Shown here: piece after piece, positions 13,201 through 23,132 of the stretch
Layout of the letters: each line of letters begins with the position of its first letter
How positions within the stretch are numbered: the stretch's first letter is position 1
Source of the DNA: Folioceros fuciformis
Lineage: Eukaryota
Direction of reading: 5' to 3'
Assembly (NCBI GenBank): GCA_049999805.1
Contig: JBNGIO010005876.1
Location: 20,776 to 84,775, forward strand
Length of the DNA stretch: 64,000 nt
The notes under the pieces: generated by a model
What the model saw: the letters and a program-made list of their open reading frames with translations, nothing else
Database searches by the model: none
Told to the model about the DNA's origin: nothing
Translations under genes and position numbers: made by a program

Positions 13201-14009
13201 AGGGCTGCTACAAACACATGACCATCTGCGTTCGCACCTGAATCCCGCATCCGATGATACAGTTGTATAGCTTGCCTGTCCATACCATGCTTAACATGGG
13301 CAGAGATTATGGAGGACCACATGAAGGCATTCGGTTTGACAACCTCAGTGAACACATCCATCGCATCTTGCAACCTGCCATGAGAGGCATACATTCGCAG
13401 GATGTGGTTGCACAGGAATTCATCCGACTGATGTCCATTTTTAACTGCGAAGGCATGGACGCGGCGACCCAGAACAAGATCTTTCTTCAAGACACATTTT
13501 TTCAGGACAATATAAAAGAGAGCCGTGGAAACACAACAGCATGTCTGAACTAAAACACCCAAAGCCTCGACAGCCACGTTGACAAGGCCCTCGTCACACA
13601 GCTTCCTCACGGTTTCAGCCGTCACATCCGTTTCATATCCAGCAAGACTGTGAGAGCCAGTATCATCCGGCAAGCAGCAGCTGGATGCCCAGCCACGACG
13701 CCCCATCCCCATATCTGGACCGCCTAGCCGTGCATCCACCCAAGATAGACGATTCTGGACCTCCCTGAGACGCAAGCCAGGCAGCCAACCGCACGTTCCA
13801 CCTCCTCCCGCATTCCACAATACTGTAGGGCCCCGAGAGAGGTCCTGGCGAGGGCCCGCGCCCGAACGTCCATCCCCAGTATCCCATCCTCGTCGACCTC
13901 CTGGCTCCTTCACAGACGTGCTACACCCCGCCCCTGCCACCAGCTGCTTCCTCCAAACCAGGTGAGCTCGAGCTCTTCCTAGAGCACCTGTCACCACACT
14001 CCCTCCCAT
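10242..14009 (-). CDS. PLS-class PPR protein 1 (1255 aa) with E1/E2 and truncated WW-type DYW start
   Basis: Repeated ~104-aa P-L-S triplets (VVTWNAM..PDSVTFVCLLQAC..SLVNMYAKCGS), HYTCMVDLLGRAG, AAYVLMSNIY, AWKPPGQSLWTD, then a stop. Confidence 0.95.
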   Translation of the reverse strand: MGGSVVTGALGRARAHLVWRKQLVAGAGCSTSVKEPGGRRGWDTGDGRSGAGPRQDLSRGPTVLWNAGGGGTCGWLPGLRLREVQNRLSWVDARLGGPDMGMGRRGWASSCCLPDDTGSHSLAGYETDVTAETVRKLCDEGLVNVAVEALGVLVQTCCCVSTALFYIVLKKCVLKKDLVLGRRVHAFAVKNGHQSDEFLCNHILRMYASHGRLQDAMDVFTEVVKPNAFMWSSIISAHVKHGMDRQAIQLYHRMRDSGANADGHVFVAALQACARGLDLNTGQQVHAHVLARGLEPDLFVTSCLVDMYAKCGSLEDAEKVFRGLEAKNVVTWNAMLAGYTQQGMGQEALHLYGAMQHDRNVAPDSVTFLCLLQACAIVGPPALEQGKQLHAQIRQRGHQADVFVSSSLVNMYAKCGSLENAHSVFCELGEKDVVTWNAMIAGCSQQGKGQEALALYSVMEEEGSTVPDSVTFVCLMQACASLGTVALDTGRRLHVQIRERGHEADALVANSVVNMYSKCGSLEDAQGVFDRLSQKDIGTWTALIAGYSQQGKGQEALCLYSAMQDEGVAVPNSVTFACLLHACASVGAAALERGKQLHSQIREQGHEADVFVSSSLVNMYAKCGSLEDAQIVFDRLSKKDVVTWTALIAGYSQQGMGWKALQLYSDMLELGISVPDSVTFVCLLQACASVGSQALEKGLELHAQIRERGHETDVFAANSLVNMYAKCGSMEDAHRVFDRLDKKDVVAWNAMIAGYSQKSMGNEALQLYSDMKELLTPIPNPVTFVCLLQACASVGIPALETGKQLHTQITERGNQADVFVANGLVNMYAKCGSLEDARNVFDGLDQKDVLTWTAMIAGYSRQDMGQDALDLFAAMREEGIAPNSMTFVSVLQACASVGAPALETGKKLHVQIREQGYQADVFVASSLVNMYAKCGNLEDAQQVFDGLGEKNVVTWNALLSGYSQQGMGQEALHLYDTMQKEGHAAPDAVTFVCLLQVIADVAALSLGRQLHAQIEEADLQSDLFVAGSLIHMYGKAGSVVDAQQVFDLLPKQDVVTWSALIAGYACQGDSQAVFDLVKRMREDGIQPVGITLLSVLTVCSHAGLLKLGREYFDSMRKDHGIVPTVEHYTCMVDLLGRAGRLDEALSLVRTMSVPPSAAIWHAMLGACRKWSNVEVACHAFQEAVKIDEKDAAAYVLMSNIYMGANMCDQAKQMHAWRKTKRAWKPPGQSLWTDMDGLVHTFAVLDSRQSEQIGLA

Positions 14010-15112
14010 GCCTCAAAAAACACTAAACGGAATAAATTCCCGCCTCCAGCATCTCAATCCTCCGGCAGCAGAGACCAGAGCACCCTTACCCCGCACCTCC
14101 GTAGCCCCCTCCGGCAGCTTCAAACAAGGATACACGCCAATCCCCCTGTCCCCGTCCATCCTCTGTCCGCCAGCAAAACACACAGGCTTCGGGCCCTGAC
14201 TCCTCATCTCTCCAGAGAACCACACCTGCCCAGCGCTCAATCATCGCCGAAGCCCGGTCCACAACCAACCATCCCCGACAAAATCGTGCACCGCAAACCA
14301 TACTACTCTCATAACCCCCGCACCCGGAACAGCCAACTGCTCCAGCATCACCTGAGCCCGCCATGATCCCTACTACCACCATCGCAGTCGCAGTCCTCCA
14401 CTCCTGCCTCTATCACTACCACACAGCGAGGAACAAATCCCGCATTGTCCAAAGATGCCCTCCATCAACCACACTGTCCTTGAACCAAACAACTCCACCG
14501 TTCCCACAACATCCCCCTTCCCACGCATTCCTCCACTGAATCCTAGCCTTCAGGACGAGTCCTGAGAATCCGACAAGCCCGGAAAAGGGCCCCGCCAGGC
14601 CTCCATCTGAGAAGAGACGGCCTCAGACGGGCCTCGTCACATTCGCCACCACGAGATGTCCATGACCAGATTCCGCCCATTCGTATCAATCTCTGAGCTT
14701 CTCGATCTCAGGGCTATGTTCCTCACAATTTACCATCTCCCGCCGAGCGTCCTCTAAACTTTCACTGGAGCTTTAGTTACTCACCGATTCCATCTCCAGC
14801 TCCAGGGCACAAAAGGAGTAAAAGATACCGATCAAACCCTAAGATTTTCCTTAACGCATTAGGCGGATCGCAGCAAGTTCCAATATTCTAGATTCAGAAG
14901 AACATTCTTCGGATTCATCAAAGATTCCGCGGCTTCCGGAAAGAATCTTGTTTCCGGGCTCCATGAAGCTCTTGGTTATATACATATTCAAGTAAGAAAC
15001 CTCAAACAAACTTTGAAACCCAAATATCATCTCATCCAAGCTCTTGCAATTTTTTTATTTTTATTTAAAATATATTCATTTCTATTACACACAGGATATT
15101 TTTACAATAAGT

Positions 15113-16457
15113 ATGGAAATAAGGAAGAATTTTATGATAATTCTTATCATTTTTCTTGTAAGTATTTTTTATAAAATTAGTATGTAACTATTTTTAAATT
15201 TGTTATATATATATATATTTATGACTTTTATTTGATGATAAATCTCCCAATATAAGACTCTAAATGTTCTTTCATCTTGTTCAGGCAGGCAAGCTAGCCT
15301 TAAGTACTGCATCCACATTGAAGTTCTTCGAATCAATGTCCTTTGACAAAGTGCAAGATAAGAATTTGAATATGGATAGACTGACCTATTGGGATACAAC
15401 ACTTCCTCACACATCCATGCCTTTGTCACTAAAGAACATGGTATCTCCTCTCACAAACCAAGAGACAAACATGTTCTACGAGTTGATCAAATTGAACCAA
15501 TTGGATCACAACAATGAACTTCGGGTTAGCTTTTGCACTAAAGCTTCACTTGTTTGCAATACCTTGGATAATGTCACAGATAGGAATGCGCTAATAATCC
15601 CAGCATGTGTTTGGAACCCCTTTGGAATATACTTTGGGTACCTCCCGGGAAAGATGGTGCCCAAAAACTTGTTTGTACATGGAACAAAGGATGACAACTT
15701 ACTAGTGCCTCCCAATGCTGTTTCCAACATTCCCGATCAAGTTCGACTTTTGTGGTTCTTTGAACAGACTCTTTCGTCTGCTGTGGATTTGGATGAGACG
15801 TTCGCTGTCACTGTTGAGATGTTTTATGCAAGTCTGTTGCAAAGAGTTTTTCTTCCTCGTAGACTCGTGAAAGCTTTTGGGAGATTAACGTCTAGTAGAT
15901 TATCCTTCTTCCAGAAATGGTTAAACATTCCTCAGAATTCCACTATGGCTACTTCCATGAAAGACACTGCAGATTTATGTGACGTGGGATCGAATTCTAT
16001 AAAGAATGGAGAAACTCGCAAGTGTGTTACATCCTTGGAGGACATGATTGATCTTGTGCAAGAGATGTTAAGTGGAGCAAGCCATGTTACAAAGATTCAA
16101 GTTCTGACAAACAAGTCCTTAGGTGAGAGAAGCAACTATCATATAAATGAAAGCTTTGTTGTAACAAAAGTAGACTTAAAGAGCGGCATAGAGTCCAAGT
16201 ATGTGTCTTGCCATTCCTTGTTGTTTCCCTTTCAAGTATATTTTTGTCATTATTTTGTAAATACCAAAATATATGATGTTAGCTTAGAGTCCTCCATTCA
16301 TTCAGGGATTAAGATTAACAACATTGCTATATGCCATACTGATACGAGAAATTGGGATCCCCAACATGTGGCCTTCAAAGTGCTTGGTAGCAGACCAGGG
16401 GGGCAAACTATTTGTCATTGGTCCAAACCTAATGCATTTGTATTTGTAACTGCTTAG
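15113..16457 (+). CDS. Secreted BURP-domain protein; exon 1 15113-15157 (signal peptide), exon 2 15285-16457
   Basis: Four CH dyads (VSCH..YFCH..AICH..WDPQHVAF..TICHW). Short exon MEIRKNFMIILIIFL joins in frame via a GTAAGT..TTCAG intron. Confidence 0.88.
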
Positions 16458-17239
16458 TACATAGATTGATAGTTTGAGGGATTGAGAGCAAGATGACATG
16501 CAAAAGATGTGAGATCCCTGTCTACCCAAAGAAAGGATATGAAGAGGATCTCTAAGTTAAGCAAACTATATCCTTTTAGCCTTTGGCCCTGCTTGGTTGT
16601 TCCTCTATCTTTGGAGTAGATGAGACTTCCCATCTCTTTTTCAATAATAAAAATACGTTACCTAAAGTTACCTTATATTCGTTATGTTGTCTTGCAAAAT
16701 GGTGCACGGTTTTGTTCTTTGTGTAAGTACATGGCTTTTTTTTTTTTCCCATATTACCGGTAGCATTTTTACATAATAGCATTTTTACATAATCCCAACA
16801 TCACAGAGGTAGCGCAAACGTCCCATTGTGAGAGCTGCAGGGTGTTGTTTGTTGGAAGGATAGCACATTTGCAGCTCGATAAAGCATGGCTGGTGGTTGC
16901 ATCCTTCCCAGACCGAGTGATGGCGAAATGCTAGGGGAGAGGTGGGAGCTTCTGGAGGATGTGCGGTCACATGTAGTGGGTGAAATGGCTATAGGGAGGA
17001 AGGCAAGTTCCAGTCTGGAATCGCAACCATCAGGAGGCGGTTCTCTGAACGAGTATCATCCTTGTGCTTTGCGAATTGACAGTATCCTGGTTTGCAGAGG
17101 CAGATCGCGTGCTGTCTGTGAAATCTCGTGCAGCTGCGAAGTCTGCGATTATGTCCACCTTCGGCCTAAGTTCGCTGCGGATTGTCCTCCAAGGTGTGCT
17201 CACCGACGGGTGGATCGATGCGTCTAGTATCGGTAGGAC

Positions 17240-20200
17240 ATGGCTGTCTGGAGCGTGTTAACGGGGCTTGTAGGACGAGCTCCTGCCTACCTGACGTCCA
17301 GGAACCAGCACTTGGCAAACAACCAAGCGGCGAGGTGCGTCACTTTCGCGAGAAGCTCGTCGCTACAGAGAGGACATGTAGCTGGAGACGGAAGGAACGT
17401 TACGGCTGAGACCGTGAGCATGTTGTGTGGTGAGGGCCGCGTTCCTGAGGCTGTGGAGGCATTGGGAGTTCTGGTGAGGAAAGAGTGTTCCGTGTCCAAT
17501 CACCTTGTGTACACTGTTCTGAAGAAGTGTGCTGTGGAGAAAGATCTTGTTCTCGGTCGCCGTGTTCATGCCCTGACGGTGAAGGCGGGGTATGAGTCGG
17601 ACACGTTCGTATGCAACCATATTCTGCGAATGTATGCTTCTCATGGCGGGTTGCAAGATGCCATGGACCTGTTCATTCTTGTTGCCGAACCAGATCCCTA
17701 CATGTGGTTTTCCATAATTTCCGCGCACGTTAAGCGGGGGCAAGAGAGGCAGGCCATACAGCTGTATCATTGGATGCGGAGGTCGAATGTGAAGCCAGAT
17801 GATCATGTATTTGCCGCAGCCCTTCAGGCTTGTGCCAGGGCATCAGACTTGAGAACTCTGCAGCAGGTGCATGCAGATGTGTTGGCCAGTGGCGTTGAGC
17901 CGAGTTTGTTCGTCTGTAATTGCTTGGTGGACGTGTATGCGAAGTGCGGCAGCCTGCGGGATGCTCAGTGTGTGTTTGATAGACTTCATCGGAAAGACGT
18001 GGTGACGTGGAATTCCATGATAGCAGGATATTCGCAGCAGGGCATGGGGCAGGAAGCCCTTCGTCTGTATAGGGACATGCGAGATGAAGGTATCGTTACG
18101 CCTGATTCTGTCACGTTCGTGTGCCTCCTACAGGCATGTGCGCGTGTGGGTATCGCAGCTTTTGAGACGGGACAGGAGATCGATGTGCAAAGTAAAGAAT
18201 GTGGACTTGAAGGCGATGTTTTTGTGTCAAACAGTTTGGTGAACATGTATGCAAATTGTGGGAGCTTGGAATATGCCCAGAAAGTATTTAACGGGCTTGT
18301 TCAGAAAGACGTAGTCACCTGGACTGCTCTAATTGGAGGGTATGCCAAACAGGGTATGGGGCAGGATGCCCTTCGTCTTTATGGTCTTATGCAACAAGAG
18401 GGCATGACTTTGCCTAATTCCGTAACCTTCGTGTCCCTGCTGCAGGCATGTGCAAGTGTGGGCACTCCAGCCCTAGAGAAGGGGAAGCAGCTGCATACAG
18501 AAATTAGAGAACGTGGACATGAAGCGGATGAATTTGTCATCAACAGTTTGGTGAGCATGTATGTGAAATGTGGCAGCTTGGAAGATGCTCAGAGAGTATT
18601 TGATGGACTTAATAAGAAAGATGTGGTTACGTGGACTTCTCTCATTGCTGGGTATTCCCAGCAGGACAAGGGCCAGGAGGCCCTCCGTCTCTACAGGTTG
18701 ATGCAAGACGAAGGCATAGCTGTTCCGGATTCCGTGACATTTGTATGCCTCTTGCAAGCTTGTGCCACTGTGGGCAGGCCAGCGCTGAAGGAGGGAAATT
18801 TACTTCACACACAAATAAGAGAAGGAGGATGCCAAGCGGATATAACCGTCGCCAATGGTCTGGTGAACATGTATGCCAAGTGTGGTACCTTGGAAGATGC
18901 TCAAAAGGTGTTTGACGCGCTAGGGCAGAAGGATGTGTTTACGTGGAATGCCATGATATCAGGATATTCCCAGCAGGGAAGAGGCCAGGAGGCCCTTCTT
19001 CTCTACTGTGATATGCAAGAAGAAGGCATTGCAGTACCTGATTTCATGACATTTGTATGCCTCTTGCAGGCATGTGCTAGTGTGGGCAACTCGGCATTGG
19101 AGAATGGAAAGCAGCTTCATACAAAAATTAGAGAACTAGGATACCAAGATGATTTATTTGTAGCCAGCAGTTTGGTGAACATGTATGCCAAATGTGGCAG
19201 GTTGTCATATGCTCGAGAAGTGTTTGACAGACTTTGTGAGAAAAATGTGACAATATGGAATGCCATGATAGCAGCATATTCCCAGCAGGGCATGGGGCAG
19301 GAAGCCCTTCATCTGTACAATGCGATGGACGAAGAAGGCATTGCTATTCCCAATTCTGCAACATTTGTGGGTCTTCTGCAGTCCTGTGCAACTGTGGGCC
19401 CCCAAGCTTTGCAGAAGGGAAAGCAGCTTCATGCACACATTAGAAGACAAGGACTCGAAGCTGATGTGCTTGTACCCAGCAGCCTGGTAAATATGTATGC
19501 CAAGTGTGGCAGCCTGGAGGATGCTCATAGCTTGTTCAACAAGCTCGAGCAACCAGATGTGGCCACATGGAACGCTCTTATCTCAGGGTATTCCCAGCAG
19601 GGCATGGGGCAAGAAGCCCTTGGTCTCTACAGAAGTATGCAAGAAGTAGGTTTTGCAATACCTGATTCCGTGACATTTGTTTGTATTCTGCAGGCATGTG
19701 CAATCATGGGCACCCCGGCTTTGGAGAAGGGGAGACAGCTTCATGAACAAGTTAGAGAATCAGGACATCTCACTGATGTGTGTGTAGTCAACAGTTTGGT
19801 GAGGATGTATGCTAAATGTGGAAGCCTAGGGGATGCTGAAAGTGTATTCAATGCACTGGGCGAGAAGGCTGTAGCGACATGGAATGCAATGATTGCAGGG
19901 TATGTATACCACGATAGGGGACTGGAAGCCCTTCGGCTCTACAGTGTTATGCAGGAAGACGCCAGTGCAGCGGCACCTGATTCTATGACACTTGTGTACC
20001 TCTTGCAGGCATGCGCAAGTTTGGGCAACTCTTCTTTGGAGACAGGGATGCAGCTACATGTGCTCATAATTGATCGAGAGCTTCTATCTGATGTATTTGT
20101 AGCCAACAATTTGTTAAACATGTATACAAAGTGTGGCAGCCTAGAGGATGCTCGCAAGGTCTTTGACAGTCTATGTGAAAAGGACGTGGTGACATGGAAC

Positions 20201-21781
20201 ACCATGATCGCAGCGTATTCCCAACATAGCATGGGTCAGGAAGCCCTTCAACTCTACAGAGATATGCAAGAAGGAGGAAAGGCTACACCAAACTCTGTGA
20301 CATTTGTCTGCTTGTTGCAGGCATGTGCAAGTTTGGGCACCGCGGCTTTGGAAGAGGGTCAGCAACTTCATGCTCTGATTATAGAGCGAGGAGATGAAGT
20401 TGATTTGTTTCTAGCCAGCAGTTTGGTAAACATGTACGCAAAGTGTGGCAGGGCAGGGGATGCCCAGAGGGCGTTTGATGGACTTGATCATAAGGATGTT
20501 GTGACGTGGAATGCCATGATAGCGGGATATTCCCAGCAGGGCAAAGTGCAGGAAGCCTTTCATCAATTGAGTGTTATGCAAGAAGATGGAATGGCTATAC
20601 CTGATTCTGCAACATATGTGTGCCTCCTACAGGCATGTGCAAGTCGGGGCACCGTGGCTTTAGAGAAGGGGAGGAAGCTTCATATGCTGATTACAGAACA
20701 AGAACATACAGCTGATGCGTGTGTAGCCAGCAGTTTGGTGAATATGTATGCAAAGTGTGGCAGTTTGCACGATGCCCAGAAGGTGTTTGATGGACTTGGT
20801 CAAAAAGATGTGGTGACTTGGACTGCTATGATAGCAGGGTATTCCCAGCAGAGCATGGGCCAGGAAGCCCTTCATCTTTACAGTTCCATGCAAGAAGAAG
20901 GCGTGGCTGTACCTGATTCCATCACTTTTGTGTGCCTCCTGCGGGCGTGTGCTAATGTGGCCGCTTTGCATGTGGGAAGGCAGCTACATGCACAGATTGA
21001 AGAGCAAGGTCTTGATCGTGATGTGTTTGTTGGCGGCGGTCTGATAAACATGTATGGCAAGTGTGGGAGCATGCTTGATGCACGGCATGTGTTTGACGCG
21101 TTGCCCGAAAGGGATGTCATCACGTGGAGTGCATTGATTGCAGGCTACACCTGTGAAGGAAGCAGTGACATGGTCTTCGAATTGGTCCATAAAATGAGAG
21201 AGGACGGCATACAGCCCGATGGAATCACGTTCCTTAGTGTGCTAACAGTATGCAGTCATGCTGGTTTAGTGAAGGAAGGGAGAGCGTATTTTGAGGATAT
21301 GAGAAGTCAGTATGACATCAGTGTCACCGTGGAGCACTACACGTGCATGGTGGATCTCTTTGGCCGCGCTGGCCAAGTGGAGGAGGCACTAGATTTTGTA
21401 AGGAGAATGCCTGTACTGCCTAATGCTGCAGTTTGGCATACTCTGTTGGGTGCGTGTAGAAAGTGGAACAACGTGGAGGTGGGAATCCATGCTTTCAACG
21501 AAGCAGTGAAGTTAGACAAGCGGGATGCCGCAGCATACGTTTTGATGTCAAGTGTATATAGCAGTGCCCAGATGTGGGATCAGGCGCGGGATACGCAGGT
21601 GAGAAGAAAAAGAAGCGGGGCATGGAAGGTACCGGGCCAGAGCTGGTGGACGGACATGGACGGACTGGTGCAGAGGTTTGTAGTTGCTTGTCCCAAGCAA
21701 GAGTCAAGAAAGGCTGAGACAGGTTTTGGTTTCTGTGTGAAAGGAAGTGACCTCAAACAATTACACGCGCGCTCCGTTTAG
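17240..21781 (+). CDS. PLS-class PPR protein 2 (1513 aa) with E1/E2 and truncated WW-type DYW start
   Basis: About 12 PLS triplets plus the terminal P2-L2-S2/E region; AWKVPGQSWWTDMDG followed by an early stop. Confidence 0.95.
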   Translation: MAVWSVLTGLVGRAPAYLTSRNQHLANNQAARCVTFARSSSLQRGHVAGDGRNVTAETVSMLCGEGRVPEAVEALGVLVRKECSVSNHLVYTVLKKCAVEKDLVLGRRVHALTVKAGYESDTFVCNHILRMYASHGGLQDAMDLFILVAEPDPYMWFSIISAHVKRGQERQAIQLYHWMRRSNVKPDDHVFAAALQACARASDLRTLQQVHADVLASGVEPSLFVCNCLVDVYAKCGSLRDAQCVFDRLHRKDVVTWNSMIAGYSQQGMGQEALRLYRDMRDEGIVTPDSVTFVCLLQACARVGIAAFETGQEIDVQSKECGLEGDVFVSNSLVNMYANCGSLEYAQKVFNGLVQKDVVTWTALIGGYAKQGMGQDALRLYGLMQQEGMTLPNSVTFVSLLQACASVGTPALEKGKQLHTEIRERGHEADEFVINSLVSMYVKCGSLEDAQRVFDGLNKKDVVTWTSLIAGYSQQDKGQEALRLYRLMQDEGIAVPDSVTFVCLLQACATVGRPALKEGNLLHTQIREGGCQADITVANGLVNMYAKCGTLEDAQKVFDALGQKDVFTWNAMISGYSQQGRGQEALLLYCDMQEEGIAVPDFMTFVCLLQACASVGNSALENGKQLHTKIRELGYQDDLFVASSLVNMYAKCGRLSYAREVFDRLCEKNVTIWNAMIAAYSQQGMGQEALHLYNAMDEEGIAIPNSATFVGLLQSCATVGPQALQKGKQLHAHIRRQGLEADVLVPSSLVNMYAKCGSLEDAHSLFNKLEQPDVATWNALISGYSQQGMGQEALGLYRSMQEVGFAIPDSVTFVCILQACAIMGTPALEKGRQLHEQVRESGHLTDVCVVNSLVRMYAKCGSLGDAESVFNALGEKAVATWNAMIAGYVYHDRGLEALRLYSVMQEDASAAAPDSMTLVYLLQACASLGNSSLETGMQLHVLIIDRELLSDVFVANNLLNMYTKCGSLEDARKVFDSLCEKDVVTWNTMIAAYSQHSMGQEALQLYRDMQEGGKATPNSVTFVCLLQACASLGTAALEEGQQLHALIIERGDEVDLFLASSLVNMYAKCGRAGDAQRAFDGLDHKDVVTWNAMIAGYSQQGKVQEAFHQLSVMQEDGMAIPDSATYVCLLQACASRGTVALEKGRKLHMLITEQEHTADACVASSLVNMYAKCGSLHDAQKVFDGLGQKDVVTWTAMIAGYSQQSMGQEALHLYSSMQEEGVAVPDSITFVCLLRACANVAALHVGRQLHAQIEEQGLDRDVFVGGGLINMYGKCGSMLDARHVFDALPERDVITWSALIAGYTCEGSSDMVFELVHKMREDGIQPDGITFLSVLTVCSHAGLVKEGRAYFEDMRSQYDISVTVEHYTCMVDLFGRAGQVEEALDFVRRMPVLPNAAVWHTLLGACRKWNNVEVGIHAFNEAVKLDKRDAAAYVLMSSVYSSAQMWDQARDTQVRRKRSGAWKVPGQSWWTDMDGLVQRFVVACPKQESRKAETGFGFCVKGSDLKQLHARSV

Positions 21782-23132
21782 GCTAAGATTTACACCAGAT
21801 TGCCTGATGAATTTAGAATAGCAGGAACAGGTGCCCTCTCTGTTCACACTTGGAGCGAGTACATGCTTGGATGTATGAGAAAGTGAAACTNNNNNNNNNN
21901 TCACACTTGGAGCGAGTACATGCTTGGATGTATGAGAAAGTGAAACTACCTCAGATGTCTTCCCATTAGATTAACTGCGTTACTCTAACAAATGTCTCCT
22001 CCTGTAGCTCATACGCGGTCTTCAGGACCTTAACTGTCTGGCAACAAAGCACAGCCATATCCCGACCCCTAACTACCTTTGCTTTTGGAAGCAAGACCTC
22101 GAAGCAGGCTAGTCTCAGATTAGCAGGAGTTTTTGCAGGTGCATGATGCCAGATGGGAGGGTTTGCATAGCTTCCCAAGATTTAAGGTACTAAATTTAAG
22201 GAAGTGGAGTCGGCATGAAGGCTAGGCGATATTGAGCTTGTGATTCATGAAGGTAGGAGGTCAACGCCATGCTAAACTGGCTTTTTGGGGCAGGCCATTG
22301 GATCTAAACCCTAAGCCCTTAAATTCCATTGGTACCACTACACCAGCTCACGTGTCCTATAGCTCAACTATTTGTCCTTACAGAGCTAGGCTAAATGTTT
22401 TAGCCGAATCAGGGGATGCAATCTACTGGATGGCTATGTCTGTAGCGCGTTATGCGGTTTTTTTCGATTCGAACATTGCGTCAGCGTGGACTATAGCCAG
22501 CAGCCTGCCACTTTTCCACGTCCCAAGCGCACGAATTCCCGTCTGCAAAATTCTGCTGAACACCTGTGGATCAAGTGAATCTCTTTGTACTAGCCAATGC
22601 CATCAAACAGCTCGAGAGTCGCTTTTTGTGGGGGTTGTAAGTGGAGCTTTTGTTACATCTAAAACTGTTTTTTGGTGGCATGTTCTATCAGACCTACTTG
22701 CACATCCTTGGTGTAGTCTATACTATCAAATTCCTCATCTTTACTATAGACTGGTGATCACAGGAATCGTTGGTTAACAACCATAAACTACAAGTGGCCT
22801 TGGGCCTAGAGCTCGGAGCTCTACTTGCTTGTACGTCCAGGAGCTCTCAGATCTATTTAGTTACATCTCCAGAAGCTCGGGCACCATCTACTATTTCAAC
22901 GTACCACTGATGAATCCTAAAGGTCCTCAAGAAAGCTGTTATGTACTCCCTGACCTCGCAAAGGACATGGCAGCTGCAACCTTCAAAGTGGATGTTAAGG
23001 AGAATGGACAGATTTCAAACGTTGAGAAAGGCCCCCTTTCCTGGTTACAGACTGTGTTTGGGATTTCCGTCCATATGTGTCCACCAGCTACCTATGTCTT
23101 TCGAAGATTCTCCCTCAACGACCTCAGCTGAC

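Noticed and set aside
21844-21947. Exact 47-bp direct repeat flanking the 10-N gap
   Set aside because: Typical unmerged contig overlap, so an assembly artefact.
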